The notes: generated by a model from the sequence alone, not told the origin. A DNA stretch of 64,000 nucleotides from Candidatus Micrarchaeota archaeon (GCA_964434735.1 CAYSWK010000002.1:634-64633); one strand, 5' to 3'; numbered from the stretch's first letter, positions 20,714 through 31,066 are shown. Made by a program: numbers and translations.

Positions 20714-21196
20714 TTAAACTCCTTTTCCAAGGTAATTACCGATTGCCTGCACGATGAGGATACGCATAAGGACGATAGTGAGGAACATCGAGCCGAACAC
20801 GGCAAAATCAAGGTTTGCAACCGGATTGATGAATATGTTCCACAAAAATACGAAGCCCATAAGAATAAGCAGGAAAACAAATGCGTTGCTTGCGGCCAAG
20901 GCACTGTTTGCCGCTTGAGTTTTATCTGAAAGATAATCAGTCTTATTTGAACTCAACCCAATTGAAAGAAGCATAACTATCGTCAACCCGACAGCGCTTG
21001 CCTTCATGCTTTGGCGGTCTGCGAACGTGCCATACACAAAGAAAAGCACGGCAAGGCTAAAAAGAAGAATAAGATAATGCTGCTTTTTCATACCATGCCA
21101 TCTTCTTGCAAATTTAAAAATAAAACTATTAGCGTTTTTTGAATTAAGAAAAAAACTGTTTTGAAATATGCCCAGGATAAAGCTTTTTAAATACAA
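20714..21196 (-). CDS. membrane protein
   Basis: 160 aa, 4 predicted TM helices. Confidence 0.35.
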   Translation of the reverse strand: MYLKSFILGIFQNSFFLNSKNANSFIFKFARRWHGMKKQHYLILLFSLAVLFFVYGTFADRQSMKASAVGLTIVMLLSIGLSSNKTDYLSDKTQAANSALAASNAFVFLLILMGFVFLWNIFINPVANLDFAVFGSMFLTIVLMRILIVQAIGNYLGKGV

Positions 21197-21221
21197 GAGA
21201 GTAAGTTCCCCCGGTGAATTT

Positions 21222-21674
21222 ATGATTAAGAAAGGACAAGTATCTACGGAATACCTGATTATTCTGGCCGTAGTATTAGTTATTGCATTAGTGGTTGTCT
21301 TCTTGGTAACCCAAAGCAGCGGCGGAGCATCAGCAACTTTGCAAACACAAAGTCAAACAGCATGGCAAAGCGCACAGCCCTTGGCAGTTACGGCAGTCAG
21401 TGCTTCAGGAACAACGTTTGGAGTTACTATGAAAAACAATGACCTCCAAAAAGTCACTGTAACCGGAGTCACAACTGATTCAACGGATGATTACGCAGTT
21501 TCAACAACCTTCAACCCTGGCGAAGAAAAATCAGTCACGTTAACACTCTCGTCAGATTGTGGTGCATTGGGAACACAGCTTCGTGTCCAAAACGTATCGA
21601 TTACCTACACGAAAGGATCAACCGCAGGCCTTAAGGAAACAAGCGGCTCACCCTTAATCGTAACGTGTGGATAA
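21222..21674 (+). CDS. archaeal type IV pilin-like protein (class III signal peptide, DUF361-like)
   Basis: MIKKGQVSTEYLIILAVVLVIALVVVFLV: KG-Q processing motif with acidic residue at +5 and hydrophobic helix, then Thr/Ser-rich beta-rich domain. Confidence 0.55.
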   Translation: MIKKGQVSTEYLIILAVVLVIALVVVFLVTQSSGGASATLQTQSQTAWQSAQPLAVTAVSASGTTFGVTMKNNDLQKVTVTGVTTDSTDDYAVSTTFNPGEEKSVTLTLSSDCGALGTQLRVQNVSITYTKGSTAGLKETSGSPLIVTCG

Positions 21675-22191
21675 ACTCTTTAATTTTTTCTTTCTTATTT
21701 TTATCATGGAAGACGCACAAGAAATCCCCCGCGCAAACAGGTTCTCATTCTTAGGCTTTGAAGCTCCAAAAACAAAAAACGGGCAGCCAGGCATAGAAGC
21801 CATCCTTAAAAAATCAAAAACAATCGCAATCGTTGGCCTTTCAGACAAGCGCACGCGCGACAGTTTTATGGTGGCAGAATACCTTCTAGGGGCAGGGTAC
21901 ATGATTATTCCCGTAAATCCTATGATCAAGCAATGGGAAGGAATTGAAAGCTACCCGAGCCTTTCTGCAATTCCTGAGGAAATACGCATTGACATTATTG
22001 ACATCTTTCGTACGTCCGATGCAGTGCCTGGAATTGTGGATGAGGCGCTTTTACTTAAGCAAAAACCCGCATGCATTTGGATGCAATTAGGTGTTGAACA
22101 TAATGAGGCAGCGCAAAAGGCAGAGGCTGTGGGAATCACAGTTATCCAGAATCGCTGCTTAAAAATTGAACACCTGAAGCTTGGATTTTAA
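21667..22191 (+). CDS. CoA-binding domain protein
   Basis: KSKTIAIVGLSDKRTRDSFMVAEYLLGAGYMIIPVNP matches CoA-binding (succinyl-CoA synthetase-like) Rossmann motif. Confidence 0.6.
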   Translation: MDKLFNFFFLIFIMEDAQEIPRANRFSFLGFEAPKTKNGQPGIEAILKKSKTIAIVGLSDKRTRDSFMVAEYLLGAGYMIIPVNPMIKQWEGIESYPSLSAIPEEIRIDIIDIFRTSDAVPGIVDEALLLKQKPACIWMQLGVEHNEAAQKAEAVGITVIQNRCLKIEHLKLGF

Positions 22192-22211
22192 CATAGTAAT
22201 TAATAAAAAAA

Positions 22212-22469
22212 CTAACCCGTCGTATTGACGGCAAAATCGTCAAGCTTTGAGGTTGGCAAATCCTCATCAACAAACGGCGTATCCTCAAGCGGAGTTTGAG
22301 TGGGCACAAACTTTGGAGCTTCTTGAGTTGGTTTAGGATTTATCTCCACTGTATTTATGGGTGAATCTGTTTTGGAATCCGCGTCTTTTTGCGATTTTGA
22401 CTTTACCGACAGTTCAAGGCACCCGAAAAGAAGCAGCAGTATGCAAAATATGGCACATATCGTTTTCAT
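22212..22469 (-). CDS. small secreted lipoprotein-like protein
   Basis: MKTICAIFCILLLLFGCLE lipobox-like LLFGC, acidic/Pro-rich tail. Confidence 0.35.
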   Translation of the reverse strand: MKTICAIFCILLLLFGCLELSVKSKSQKDADSKTDSPINTVEINPKPTQEAPKFVPTQTPLEDTPFVDEDLPTSKLDDFAVNTTG

Positions 22470-23260
22470 TGTATCTCACCCATAACCTGTTCACGGACAG
22501 ATTGAAGCTCCTGCTGATAATATGCAAGATAATGCTCGTCTTCACTTAAAACGTCCTCACGGACACGCGCAATGCGTGCAAAAACTTCCTCGTTTTTTAC
22601 CCCATATCCTTTCAAAAGGGATTCCATATCCGCAAGCTCAAAAAGAACCCATGCCCTCTTTTTTACCTCCCTTAATTCAGAACGTGAGAGCTGGCCGCTT
22701 ACAAACTGGGTTCGCATGGATTGCATTTCAAGAAGCCTCGTTTTCATCTCGTTAGTTGGATAACCGTGCGAAGACAGATAATCGATTCTGCCTTGTGCAG
22801 ATTGTTCCCACTTTTGAATTCGCTCGATGTGGAGTGCGTTAAGCCTGCGTGATGCATCTGCAATGCACGAACCATACGTATGGTCTACGGCGTCAACATT
22901 CGTTGAGATTTCGGCCTTCGCGTCGCCCAAATCTTTGTAGGTATCCTCGTGTTTAAGATGATTAAACTGGTGCGCAAGAAGCTGCACTTCGCGTACAAAT
23001 AAAAGTCCAACGTCGATAAACTGCTGACGGTTTCTTGATGCCGCCGCCACATGAAGTGCATCAAGCGTCTTTTGACCTTGCGGAGTTACCTCATCAAACG
23101 TAATGTTTCGTTCATGAATGACGGTAAAAATAGGGTCAACAATGCCCAATGCACACTTTGCAATGCCCGTATGGTATTCCAACTCATCCTGGCTAAAAAC
23201 AAGGCAAGCTAAAAGCATAAAAACAACAAAGGATTTAGAGATGCGAGACATAATGAACAC
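22466..23260 (-). CDS. secreted hypothetical protein
   Basis: signal peptide MFIMSRISKSFVVFMLLACLVFSQ, coiled/charged body. Confidence 0.4.
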   Translation of the reverse strand: MFIMSRISKSFVVFMLLACLVFSQDELEYHTGIAKCALGIVDPIFTVIHERNITFDEVTPQGQKTLDALHVAAASRNRQQFIDVGLLFVREVQLLAHQFNHLKHEDTYKDLGDAKAEISTNVDAVDHTYGSCIADASRRLNALHIERIQKWEQSAQGRIDYLSSHGYPTNEMKTRLLEMQSMRTQFVSGQLSRSELREVKKRAWVLFELADMESLLKGYGVKNEEVFARIARVREDVLSEDEHYLAYYQQELQSVREQVMGEIQ

Positions 23261-23666
23261 AAAACGGCGAACTTTAAATCAGTTGCGGGTACGCGGGCAA
23301 AGCCAGGCCGAATTCCTCATCATATTTTCCCTTGCAATTTTCATGGTGTTTATCTTAAGCGTCCTGTACAATGCATGGAATCTGACGGTAACCCAAACAA
23401 AACAGTCTTTTCGGGCCGCGGAAATAGCAAACACCGTTGCGTTCGCAATAAACAATGCGTACTTCTCAGGCAATGGAACCGGAGTAAACATCAGTATACC
23501 CTCCCAGGAAGGGCTGACAATAGTAATTGATGAAAAAACCGTAACCGTAAATTCATCAGGCGCAGTAAGCCAATCCCAAATAATCGCAGGACCCGTTGAT
23601 GCGACACGCATTTCTTCAGGCCAACGGTTTTTCTACAACAGGGACGGGACAATAGAGGTGTCATGA
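23241..23666 (+). CDS. pilin-like protein (class III signal peptide)
   Basis: LRVRGQSQAEFLIIFSLAIFMVFILSVL: RG-Q motif, E at +5, hydrophobic helix; start moved to ATG 23241 to avoid overlap with 22466-23260. Confidence 0.5.
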   Translation: MRDIMNTKRRTLNQLRVRGQSQAEFLIIFSLAIFMVFILSVLYNAWNLTVTQTKQSFRAAEIANTVAFAINNAYFSGNGTGVNISIPSQEGLTIVIDEKTVTVNSSGAVSQSQIIAGPVDATRISSGQRFFYNRDGTIEVS

Positions 23667-24266
23667 GTGGATCCGTTAAAAGTTTTGAGTCGCGAATTTT
23701 GGGTTTCGTGTGTTAAACTTCCGCATAAGGATTCAAAATGCAAAAAACAGAACGCAAGATACAAAACTGAAAACATTCACAGATCAACTCGCGGCCAAAT
23801 GTGGTCAACGGATTTTGCAGTATCATTAACCATTTTTTCCATTTCGTTATTGCTTTTTTTCGGCCTTTTCCAACAGGTGACAACCCGTTTTGACAACTGG
23901 TACACCTACCAGGTTATCCAGTACCATGCGCATATTTTTTCAAATCAGCTTCTCCTTACGCCTGGAACGCCTGCAAATTGGGAAACAAGAGGGATCAATT
24001 CAAGCACCCACCTTGGCCTTGTAAATGAAAGAAATGTGCTCGTGCCTTCAAAACTTGATTCCTTTTTCAACGAAAGCGCATATGACATAATACGGGAGAA
24101 AAACAACTTCCCCTACCAATTTACCATCAACGTGACTTCGCTTTCACGCAATGAAACAATCCTTGTTCTTGGCAATGAGACTGACAGCAACAACTCGGCG
24201 CCCGTGCAACGGATGGCGCTTTTGAATGACACCCCTGTATGGGTAATCATAAAGGTGTGGAAATGA
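23667..24266 (+). CDS. pilin-like protein
   Basis: GTG start abutting upstream stop; STRGQMWSTDFAVSLTIFSISLLLFFGLF motif (RG-Q, D at +6). Confidence 0.4.
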   Translation: MDPLKVLSREFWVSCVKLPHKDSKCKKQNARYKTENIHRSTRGQMWSTDFAVSLTIFSISLLLFFGLFQQVTTRFDNWYTYQVIQYHAHIFSNQLLLTPGTPANWETRGINSSTHLGLVNERNVLVPSKLDSFFNESAYDIIREKNNFPYQFTINVTSLSRNETILVLGNETDSNNSAPVQRMALLNDTPVWVIIKVWK

Positions 24267-24685
24267 CTGATCCGTGGAACGTTTTGAGAGTACCCCGGCA
24301 CAAGGGAATCATTTTCAGCATCGACAGCATCATAAGCCTACTCCTTTTCCTTATTGCGCTTGTCATCATCTCCGGTTCATTGGTTCCGAATACTCCTCGA
24401 ACTACGAGTATCAAGGATCTTGCATACGACATCCTCAGCGTACTGGATGCAAGCGATAGGTACGAACAATACATTGAAGGGGACTCAAGCGCAATTCGCG
24501 ACCTCCTCACCAATACCCCGTCAAACGTATGTATGGATATACAAATTACTGAATATTTAGGAAACACGAGCGTCGTAAGCAAGCCAAACTGCGGAGGATT
24601 TACGCGTGAACTCCAGTCTACGTACAGCTCATTCGCGTATGGCGGAAAATATTATACCGTGCAATTGTTAGGGTGGGAACGATGA
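24239..24685 (+). CDS. pilin-like protein
   Basis: RHKGIIFSIDSIISLLLFLIALVIISG (KG then hydrophobic helix); overlaps neighbours (operon). Confidence 0.4.
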   Translation: MGNHKGVEMTDPWNVLRVPRHKGIIFSIDSIISLLLFLIALVIISGSLVPNTPRTTSIKDLAYDILSVLDASDRYEQYIEGDSSAIRDLLTNTPSNVCMDIQITEYLGNTSVVSKPNCGGFTRELQSTYSSFAYGGKYYTVQLLGWER

Positions 24686-25476
24686 GCACCAAAAAAGGAT
24701 TTTTCTATTCAGTTATGATGATTGCGATCATCTCCATCCTTGCAGGGTTGTGGCTTGATTCCCAGCACGCAAGCAACCGGCTTGAACGCGCCTTTGAATC
24801 GCAGGAAGGCGCACTCTTTTTGGCATATACAAAAAATGAGCTGTTTCAGGACCTCGCAGAAGTTACGCAAGTACGCGTACATTCTGACGGCACCCGGATA
24901 AAAATAAACGGCTCGCTGCCAGCATACAACCCTTCGCAGGCACTTGAAGATTATAACACCTTTATCCAAAACTGGACTTCAAAAAGCCACATAAACCTGA
25001 CCCTTGACACGTCAGCACTGGAAGACGGAGATACGGACATAATGATATACAACACAACCGTGCGGGCAAACTACAGCGATACGCCTTCGAACATATCCCT
25101 TTCAAACCTGACAACCGACTACCTTGTCATAAACATAAGTGCGCCCTACGAACGGCTTGAGGTAGATGATTTTTCATTTGGCGCAGGCAGCACCAACCTT
25201 ACGTTTGTATATACTGATTCAAACGGAACGGTTGAAGAAAACGGAATGGTGAACCTTGCAAATTCAAACACGGCAGAAGTGACGTACGTGAACCACAAAT
25301 CAATAATTATACGCATCATACCTCAAAAAAGGCTTGAGATACTCAGCAATGTTTCAGATGGAACGTGGGAAATCGAATACAACAAAAGCCCCGATGATAT
25401 AGGCGTTATGGGATACCCTGTCGAACTAGAAATGTTCTATACCCAGGTAACCTATAATGGCGGAGTCTACAAATAA
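24673..25476 (+). CDS. pilin-like protein with N-glycosylation-sequon-rich domain
   Basis: MSTKKGFFYSVMMIAIISILAGLWL; body has many N-x-S/T sequons (NYSD, NISL, NLTT, NISA, NLTF, NGTV). Confidence 0.4.
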   Translation: MGTMSTKKGFFYSVMMIAIISILAGLWLDSQHASNRLERAFESQEGALFLAYTKNELFQDLAEVTQVRVHSDGTRIKINGSLPAYNPSQALEDYNTFIQNWTSKSHINLTLDTSALEDGDTDIMIYNTTVRANYSDTPSNISLSNLTTDYLVINISAPYERLEVDDFSFGAGSTNLTFVYTDSNGTVEENGMVNLANSNTAEVTYVNHKSIIIRIIPQKRLEILSNVSDGTWEIEYNKSPDDIGVMGYPVELEMFYTQVTYNGGVYK

Positions 25477-25521
25477 CCCGTAAGATTACGTTTTTAAGCA
25501 TCGCCTTCCACTATAAGATAC

Positions 25522-26085
25522 ATGAAACGGGAGGAACTCCTTGTGCTTGGGTTAGTTTGTCTTATCCTGGTACTCCTAAGCATAGTGTCATTTTTCACAA
25601 ATAATGTGGATGAAGGTAGCGCACGCCAATTTGTCCTTGAAGACCTCAAATCCCGTTTTCCGTATGCGGATGTTGAAATCATAGAGTCAAAATCTGCAGT
25701 AAATAACGAAGGCAAAGAATACTTCTCGATAAAAGCAAAAGTAACTACTGAGGCACAAAGCGCATGCCCGCTTCGAAGCCATTACTATTACAGCTATCCT
25801 GAGCAAAATTTTGTACCGGCACCCGCAGACCACATAACAACCCCCGAATGCAAAGTATGCAAGGAAACGCCCTGCATCATCGCATTCCCTGAAGAAGCGA
25901 CAATCGCATCACACACGTTGAGCGGAACGGAACAAGTAAAGGAGTTTGTAAACTCCCATCCCTACTCCAATCATTCGGTTACGAACAACGGCTCGGTTTT
26001 CATAGTTTCCTGGTTTGATACGGAACAAGGATATAATGTAACAATAAGCCGTTCAGGAAAAGTATTGTCCGTTTTACCAAGGTGA
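25522..26085 (+). CDS. membrane-anchored hypothetical protein
   Basis: N-terminal TM (LLVLGLVCLILVLLSIVSFF), Cys-containing extracellular domain. Confidence 0.35.
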   Translation: MKREELLVLGLVCLILVLLSIVSFFTNNVDEGSARQFVLEDLKSRFPYADVEIIESKSAVNNEGKEYFSIKAKVTTEAQSACPLRSHYYYSYPEQNFVPAPADHITTPECKVCKETPCIIAFPEEATIASHTLSGTEQVKEFVNSHPYSNHSVTNNGSVFIVSWFDTEQGYNVTISRSGKVLSVLPR

Positions 26086-26089
26086 ATGG

Positions 26090-26947
26090 TTGCTTGAGGA
26101 ACTTGCATCCTACTGCCCGCTGGATTCAATCACCGAAGGAATGGCAACGATATCAAATTCATTCCGTATAAACTCACTTAAAGTCTCACCGCTTGCGTTT
26201 GAAACGATAAGCGCCATCGAAAGAAAACAGGTTCCTTGGTACCCTCATGCATATACGTGCAGCAAAAAAATTGAACTTGGCAAAACATTTGAATTTTTTC
26301 TTGGCTATATTCATCCCCAAAGCCTTGGCTCAATGGTTCCTCCATTAGTACTACATCCTAAACCTGCAGATAAAGTGCTTGACCTCACGGCAAGCCCGGG
26401 AAGCAAAACCTCTCAGCTTGCCATGATGATGGAAAATAAAGGAATCCTCATTGCCAATGATGTACGCGAACGCGAGGCCGGGCTCATCGGAACGCTTACG
26501 CGCCTTGGAGTATTCAACGTAGTTGTTTCAACAAAAGATGCACGGACCTGGCCAATCAAGCATGAATTTGACCGGGTGCTTCTTGATGCCCCCTGTTCTG
26601 CGCTTGGTTCAACACTCAAATCATGGAAACGGTTTTCGCTTGAATACTCCCAAAAACTTTCAACCATCCAATCAACAATGCTCATACGCGCATTCGATGC
26701 GCTTAAGGACGGGGGGACGCTCGTGTATTCAACTTGTACCTTTTCCCCCTTTGAAAATGAAGTGGTGATTGCAAACCTGCTCAAAGCACGCGACCATGCG
26801 CGTATAGAAAAAATCCCTCTTGAAATACCGCATGAAAACGGATTGAAGGAATTCGGCGAAGGGCTTGAAAAAACATGGAGGATATACCCCCACCATCTTC
26901 AAAGCGAGGGATTCTTCGTAGCAAAAATAAGCAAGGTGCAGCCATGA
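26090..26947 (+). CDS. NOL1/NOP2/Sun-family RNA (cytosine-C5)-methyltransferase
   Basis: SAM motif VLDLTASPGSKTSQL, catalytic DAPCSALGS and TCT(F)SP motifs. Confidence 0.8.
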   Translation: MLEELASYCPLDSITEGMATISNSFRINSLKVSPLAFETISAIERKQVPWYPHAYTCSKKIELGKTFEFFLGYIHPQSLGSMVPPLVLHPKPADKVLDLTASPGSKTSQLAMMMENKGILIANDVREREAGLIGTLTRLGVFNVVVSTKDARTWPIKHEFDRVLLDAPCSALGSTLKSWKRFSLEYSQKLSTIQSTMLIRAFDALKDGGTLVYSTCTFSPFENEVVIANLLKARDHARIEKIPLEIPHENGLKEFGEGLEKTWRIYPHHLQSEGFFVAKISKVQP

Positions 26948-27393
26948 AAATAACAAAACCTGCAGAACTTGAAGAATATTTGCGCGTACGATTCAACTTA
27001 ACGCTTCCGACGTACCTTGAACTATCCTCAACAGAACAGCACGGCATCCGCGTACACACCAAGCACGTTCATGGCTCAAAGGCATGGGGCCTCAAAGGAA
27101 TCCGTGCCTATTCAAAAAAAGACGGCCTAAGCACCTGGCTTATCCAGGCAATAGGAATGCATGCGACAAAAAATATGGTTGCGGCGAATAAGGAAGAGGC
27201 GCTTCTTTTCTGCGAGGGAAAAGAATTCAAGAAAAAACTGAAAATGGAAGACGGCGACGTCATTGTTTCTTACAAGGGACATATTCTTGGCCTAGGGATC
27301 TTCAAAAAAGGAATAATTACGAGTAAAGTGCAGGGGAAACGTGCTCGTGCCATTTCAAACGACCTTCGGGCCTATCCAGGTAGGAATGTGTAA
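26944..27393 (+). CDS. PUA-domain protein
   Basis: start ATG at 26944 overlapping upstream stop; C-terminal GDVIVSYKGHILGLGIFKKG...KRARAISNDLRAY is PUA-like. Confidence 0.45.
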   Translation: MKITKPAELEEYLRVRFNLTLPTYLELSSTEQHGIRVHTKHVHGSKAWGLKGIRAYSKKDGLSTWLIQAIGMHATKNMVAANKEEALLFCEGKEFKKKLKMEDGDVIVSYKGHILGLGIFKKGIITSKVQGKRARAISNDLRAYPGRNV

Positions 27394-27404
27394 ACGATTA
27401 GCTA

Positions 27405-28379
27405 TTATGTTATCGAAACCATGCTTCCTACTACCAAAAGTGCAAACCAGAATGCCGCCAGCGCAAACGCAGCAACAAGCGGGAAATACTTCAACCCATA
27501 CAACGGCTTACCTGTTGAAATGACGCCGTTAAGTATGCTTGAAAGGAGGGCAGTTATGATAAGTGAAATGATTGCCGCAAACCTCATCTCTTCAACCGTA
27601 ACGGGCAATTTCCCAGCAAAAATAGGAACCGACTTGCTGATGGAACCGATGCTGCTTATACCTGATTGCTCCTGAATGGAAGAAAAAAGGTTTAAGAAAC
27701 TCACTGAAACCGCAAGCAAGAAAGGCATGACGATAATGACAATAAATGCAAGGAAAATAGTGTATGATTGAGTCTGCATAACCAGCTCCTGCTTGAGCTC
27801 GCGGATTCTTCGTATTTCCTCCGCGTTTGCGAGCAAAAGCTTTGCAAGCTGTCCGCCGCTTCGTGATGCTTTTGAGAACAAATCAATAGAGCGCTTGAAA
27901 ACTACGGAATCAAACCTACCTTCAAGCATGCGCAACACTTCCACGAGTGAGGTACGCGCACTGACCATAGCACCAACCGAATGAATCTCATAGTACAATC
28001 CCTTAAATTCCTCACGGTTGGCACGCATAAATGCATCATAGGGAGTCATACCTGCACGTAAATTCGATGCAGTAATAGTGAGGAATTCAGGAAGCACCTT
28101 TTCAACCTGTTCCGTACGGGAAACCTGCTTGAAGAAAAGAGAAACGTATTGAAGGAAGGTAAGGAATAAAAGTGCGGCAACAAACATTCCTGCTGCAATT
28201 AGGAGCGTTTTTGTTACAAGATATGCCCCAAGAGAGATAAGGAGGGAAAAGAAGGGAATGAAAAAAATCCGCTTGCCGATCCACTGGTCGGCATCCTCAT
28301 ATATACCCAAACGGACAAAACGGGCCGACGTGCTTGCAAGGAATTTTTTATTGATTCGGCCAAGGTTTCTAAACGCCAT
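27405..28379 (-). CDS. FlaJ/TadC-like membrane protein (T2SS-F domain)
   Basis: 324 aa, TM helices flanking cytoplasmic helical domain; in operon with FlaI-like ATPase. Confidence 0.5.
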   Translation of the reverse strand: MAFRNLGRINKKFLASTSARFVRLGIYEDADQWIGKRIFFIPFFSLLISLGAYLVTKTLLIAAGMFVAALLFLTFLQYVSLFFKQVSRTEQVEKVLPEFLTITASNLRAGMTPYDAFMRANREEFKGLYYEIHSVGAMVSARTSLVEVLRMLEGRFDSVVFKRSIDLFSKASRSGGQLAKLLLANAEEIRRIRELKQELVMQTQSYTIFLAFIVIIVMPFLLAVSVSFLNLFSSIQEQSGISSIGSISKSVPIFAGKLPVTVEEMRFAAIISLIITALLSSILNGVISTGKPLYGLKYFPLVAAFALAAFWFALLVVGSMVSIT

Positions 28380-28380
28380 A

Positions 28381-29358
28381 TTATCCCCCTATTACCTCAG
28401 GCCTGCTTGTTGAAACAAAGCCGATGATCGCAATTTGCATAAATACGCTGCCGCCAAGCAACAAATAGATAGTCGTTGCATCAATCCCAACTCCGCTAAA
28501 TGAAGAAAGCAAAATCAAAAACGTAATTCCTAATGAAGGTACGGCTGCCGCAATCATCATGTAAATGAGCATGATGAAATTAAGGCTTGCCGAATAAGCC
28601 TTGATGTCTGCAAGAAGCTTTTTTTCAAGGGCGTCTATGACGCTTACCAATGAAACATTTACCTTTGCACCACTTTCAAGCGAATTGACAACCTGCCACA
28701 GACTACGCTTAAGGAATTCATTCTTGCTTTCGATGGCAAGATGCTTAAGGCTTGCTTTTTCCGAGTATCCCGACTCAATTTTTCTTACCGCAGTGTTAAA
28801 GTCACGTGAAACATACCCGTAATCGCCAATGCTGATGTTGCGTATTGCCTCGAAAAGGGTAAGGCCGCTTTCAATCCCCATCGTGACCTCACGCAATGCA
28901 AAAAGAAGATCCTTGTTCTGCTTTGCAATAATTTGATTGGCAATAATCATAGGGTATACTAGGTGAAGTAAGAAAAAAAGAAAAATGAACCCTGCTGAAA
29001 AAAGAATGCTTCGTAAAACCAAAAATTGCAAAGGGTTAAGCTGCAATTCAAAAAATGACGTTTCTGCAACAGATACAAAACCCGCATTTTTGCTTACAAG
29101 CGAAAGCACAACTGGCTCCGAAGTAAGGGGAGTTATGACAAAAAGAACAAGAAAAATAAGAATGGCAAAAAAGAACCCGTAAAGGCAGGATGAAAGAAAC
29201 GAAGCAGCGGCATACTGCTTTGCAGTAGTATGAATTTCAAGGTACTCAAGCTGGAAATCAAGTTCGGGGAAAAACTTAAGAAGACGATTAAACGGAAGGC
29301 GCATCACCCAGGTTCCCTTAAGCCGGGCAGGGTCAACCAAAAGAAAGGGTATTTTCAT
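28381..29358 (-). CDS. FlaJ/TadB-like membrane protein (T2SS-F domain)
   Basis: second paralogous platform protein; start placed at MKIPFLL (ATG 29356-29358) directly after ATPase stop. Confidence 0.5.
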   Translation of the reverse strand: MKIPFLLVDPARLKGTWVMRLPFNRLLKFFPELDFQLEYLEIHTTAKQYAAASFLSSCLYGFFFAILIFLVLFVITPLTSEPVVLSLVSKNAGFVSVAETSFFELQLNPLQFLVLRSILFSAGFIFLFFLLHLVYPMIIANQIIAKQNKDLLFALREVTMGIESGLTLFEAIRNISIGDYGYVSRDFNTAVRKIESGYSEKASLKHLAIESKNEFLKRSLWQVVNSLESGAKVNVSLVSVIDALEKKLLADIKAYSASLNFIMLIYMMIAAAVPSLGITFLILLSSFSGVGIDATTIYLLLGGSVFMQIAIIGFVSTSRPEVIGG

Positions 29359-29359
29359 A

Positions 29360-31066
29360 TTATACCAGCTTCTTTGCGCTCTGGTTCTTGCGGGCGGCCT
29401 CGATAACCTCATCGGGGGAAAGATAGTACTTCTTTATGATTTCACCGACCTGGTTGATGTCCTCAATCTTATTTTTCACCATCCATTCAAGAATGCCCTT
29501 TTTCTCCTTCTGGTCATCATAAATTTCCTTCTCAGTCATACCTGTGTGAAGGTTTATGTTTTCAATATAACGATGAGGAGGTTTTACCATTTGGAACTCG
29601 TCCTGCCTTGCACGCCAGACAAACACACGATTTATTTCCGGGCCGTTTGCGCCAGGTATAACTTCAGAAATTTCAAGCGTCCTTCTTAAGTTTCTTCTTC
29701 GGTCACGGAACTGCACCATGACCAAGTGGATGTCTTCAACTTCAGCAGGAGGGATTTCTATTGGAGGCTCAGTGAGACGCTTAAGCATCTGGCTTCCCGT
29801 ATCGGCGTGCATGGTCGCGTAAACTGAATGCCCCGTGTGCATTGCCTCGAACAGGACCTCGGCTTCGCGTTTTCTTCGCACTTCGCCCATGATAATGCGG
29901 TCAGGGCGCATACGTAATGCATTAACTACCAAGTCAAGCATCGAAACCTCACCCAAACCTTCAGAATTTGCCGCACGAGTTGCCATAGGAACCCAGTTCC
30001 ATTGATAATCTGGAAGAAGCAGTTCACGCGTATCCTCAATGGTTACAATACGCTGCTGAGGAGGGATAAGCGCCAATACACCGTTAAGTGCCGACGTCTT
30101 GCCGCTTGCGGTGCCTCCCCCTACGAGGACGTTTGCTTCATAATGTATTGCCTGCCATAAAAGCGCCGCCATATCGGTTGACATGGTTTTTTGCAAACCG
30201 ATCATGTGAATAATCGTCCAGGGGTTTCGCGCAAAAAGACGCAACGTAATCGTATTGCCTGCGGTTGAAATGGGAAACAACGTTGCATTGACACGGTCAC
30301 CAGTTTGAAGGTGCGCATCTAAAATAGGATTAAGAGTATTGATCTGCTTTCCGACCCTTCGAGCGATCTGTGCGGAATAATTCTCGATTTCATCCTCGTT
30401 TTCCGCCTTGAGGCTTGTCTGCATCCACCCCAATTTACGGTGGTACACTGCAAGCGTGTTCTTGCTTGAATTGGCAACGATTTCTTCAAGCCAATTATCT
30501 GCAATAAGCAAGTCCAATTTTCCAAGCCCGTACATGTCACGGAAAAGCCATGACGCGCATGCGCTCAATGCGTCCCCTTGCGCAAGCGGTTTAAGTGCAT
30601 CAAGGATTGTTGCAAATTTTTCCTTTTTTGAATCCTGACCCTTTCGTGCACGTTCCTCGTTTAAAATAGCAATTTGCTTTTTGAGCGAATTAAGGTAAAG
30701 TCTCGTATAGTATGAGATGCTTGGCAACTCAACAAAATAACGCTTTGCGCCTTCTGCCTCATACAGGTGCGCCTTGGCAACAGGGACACCTTCGTCTTTT
30801 ACATCATACGTATCGATTGCCTTGGTCTTTGCGGGCAAGGCGGAATCGTCCTCAACAGGCGGCTTGATATTACGTATAAAGGGGCGCGAAAAAAAATTAA
30901 GCGGATACACAAGTTCAAGTGCGCCTTCTTTTTCAAGCACACGCGCAATTGATTCAACAAGTGAAAAAGGAGTCTTGGTTTGCTTTGCAATGGCGACAAG
31001 CGTGATGCGCTTTTGCCCTTTACAGGCGGTTATAACTTCATCAACCTTGGTTTTGTAGTCTGCCAT
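29360..31066 (-). CDS. type IV filament assembly ATPase (FlaI/TadA family), second copy
   Basis: Walker A VLVGGGTASGKTSALNGVLALIPP, Walker B RIIMGEVRR, His box VYATMHAD; long N-terminal extension. Confidence 0.8.
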   Translation of the reverse strand: MADYKTKVDEVITACKGQKRITLVAIAKQTKTPFSLVESIARVLEKEGALELVYPLNFFSRPFIRNIKPPVEDDSALPAKTKAIDTYDVKDEGVPVAKAHLYEAEGAKRYFVELPSISYYTRLYLNSLKKQIAILNEERARKGQDSKKEKFATILDALKPLAQGDALSACASWLFRDMYGLGKLDLLIADNWLEEIVANSSKNTLAVYHRKLGWMQTSLKAENEDEIENYSAQIARRVGKQINTLNPILDAHLQTGDRVNATLFPISTAGNTITLRLFARNPWTIIHMIGLQKTMSTDMAALLWQAIHYEANVLVGGGTASGKTSALNGVLALIPPQQRIVTIEDTRELLLPDYQWNWVPMATRAANSEGLGEVSMLDLVVNALRMRPDRIIMGEVRRKREAEVLFEAMHTGHSVYATMHADTGSQMLKRLTEPPIEIPPAEVEDIHLVMVQFRDRRRNLRRTLEISEVIPGANGPEINRVFVWRARQDEFQMVKPPHRYIENINLHTGMTEKEIYDDQKEKKGILEWMVKNKIEDINQVGEIIKKYYLSPDEVIEAARKNQSAKKLV

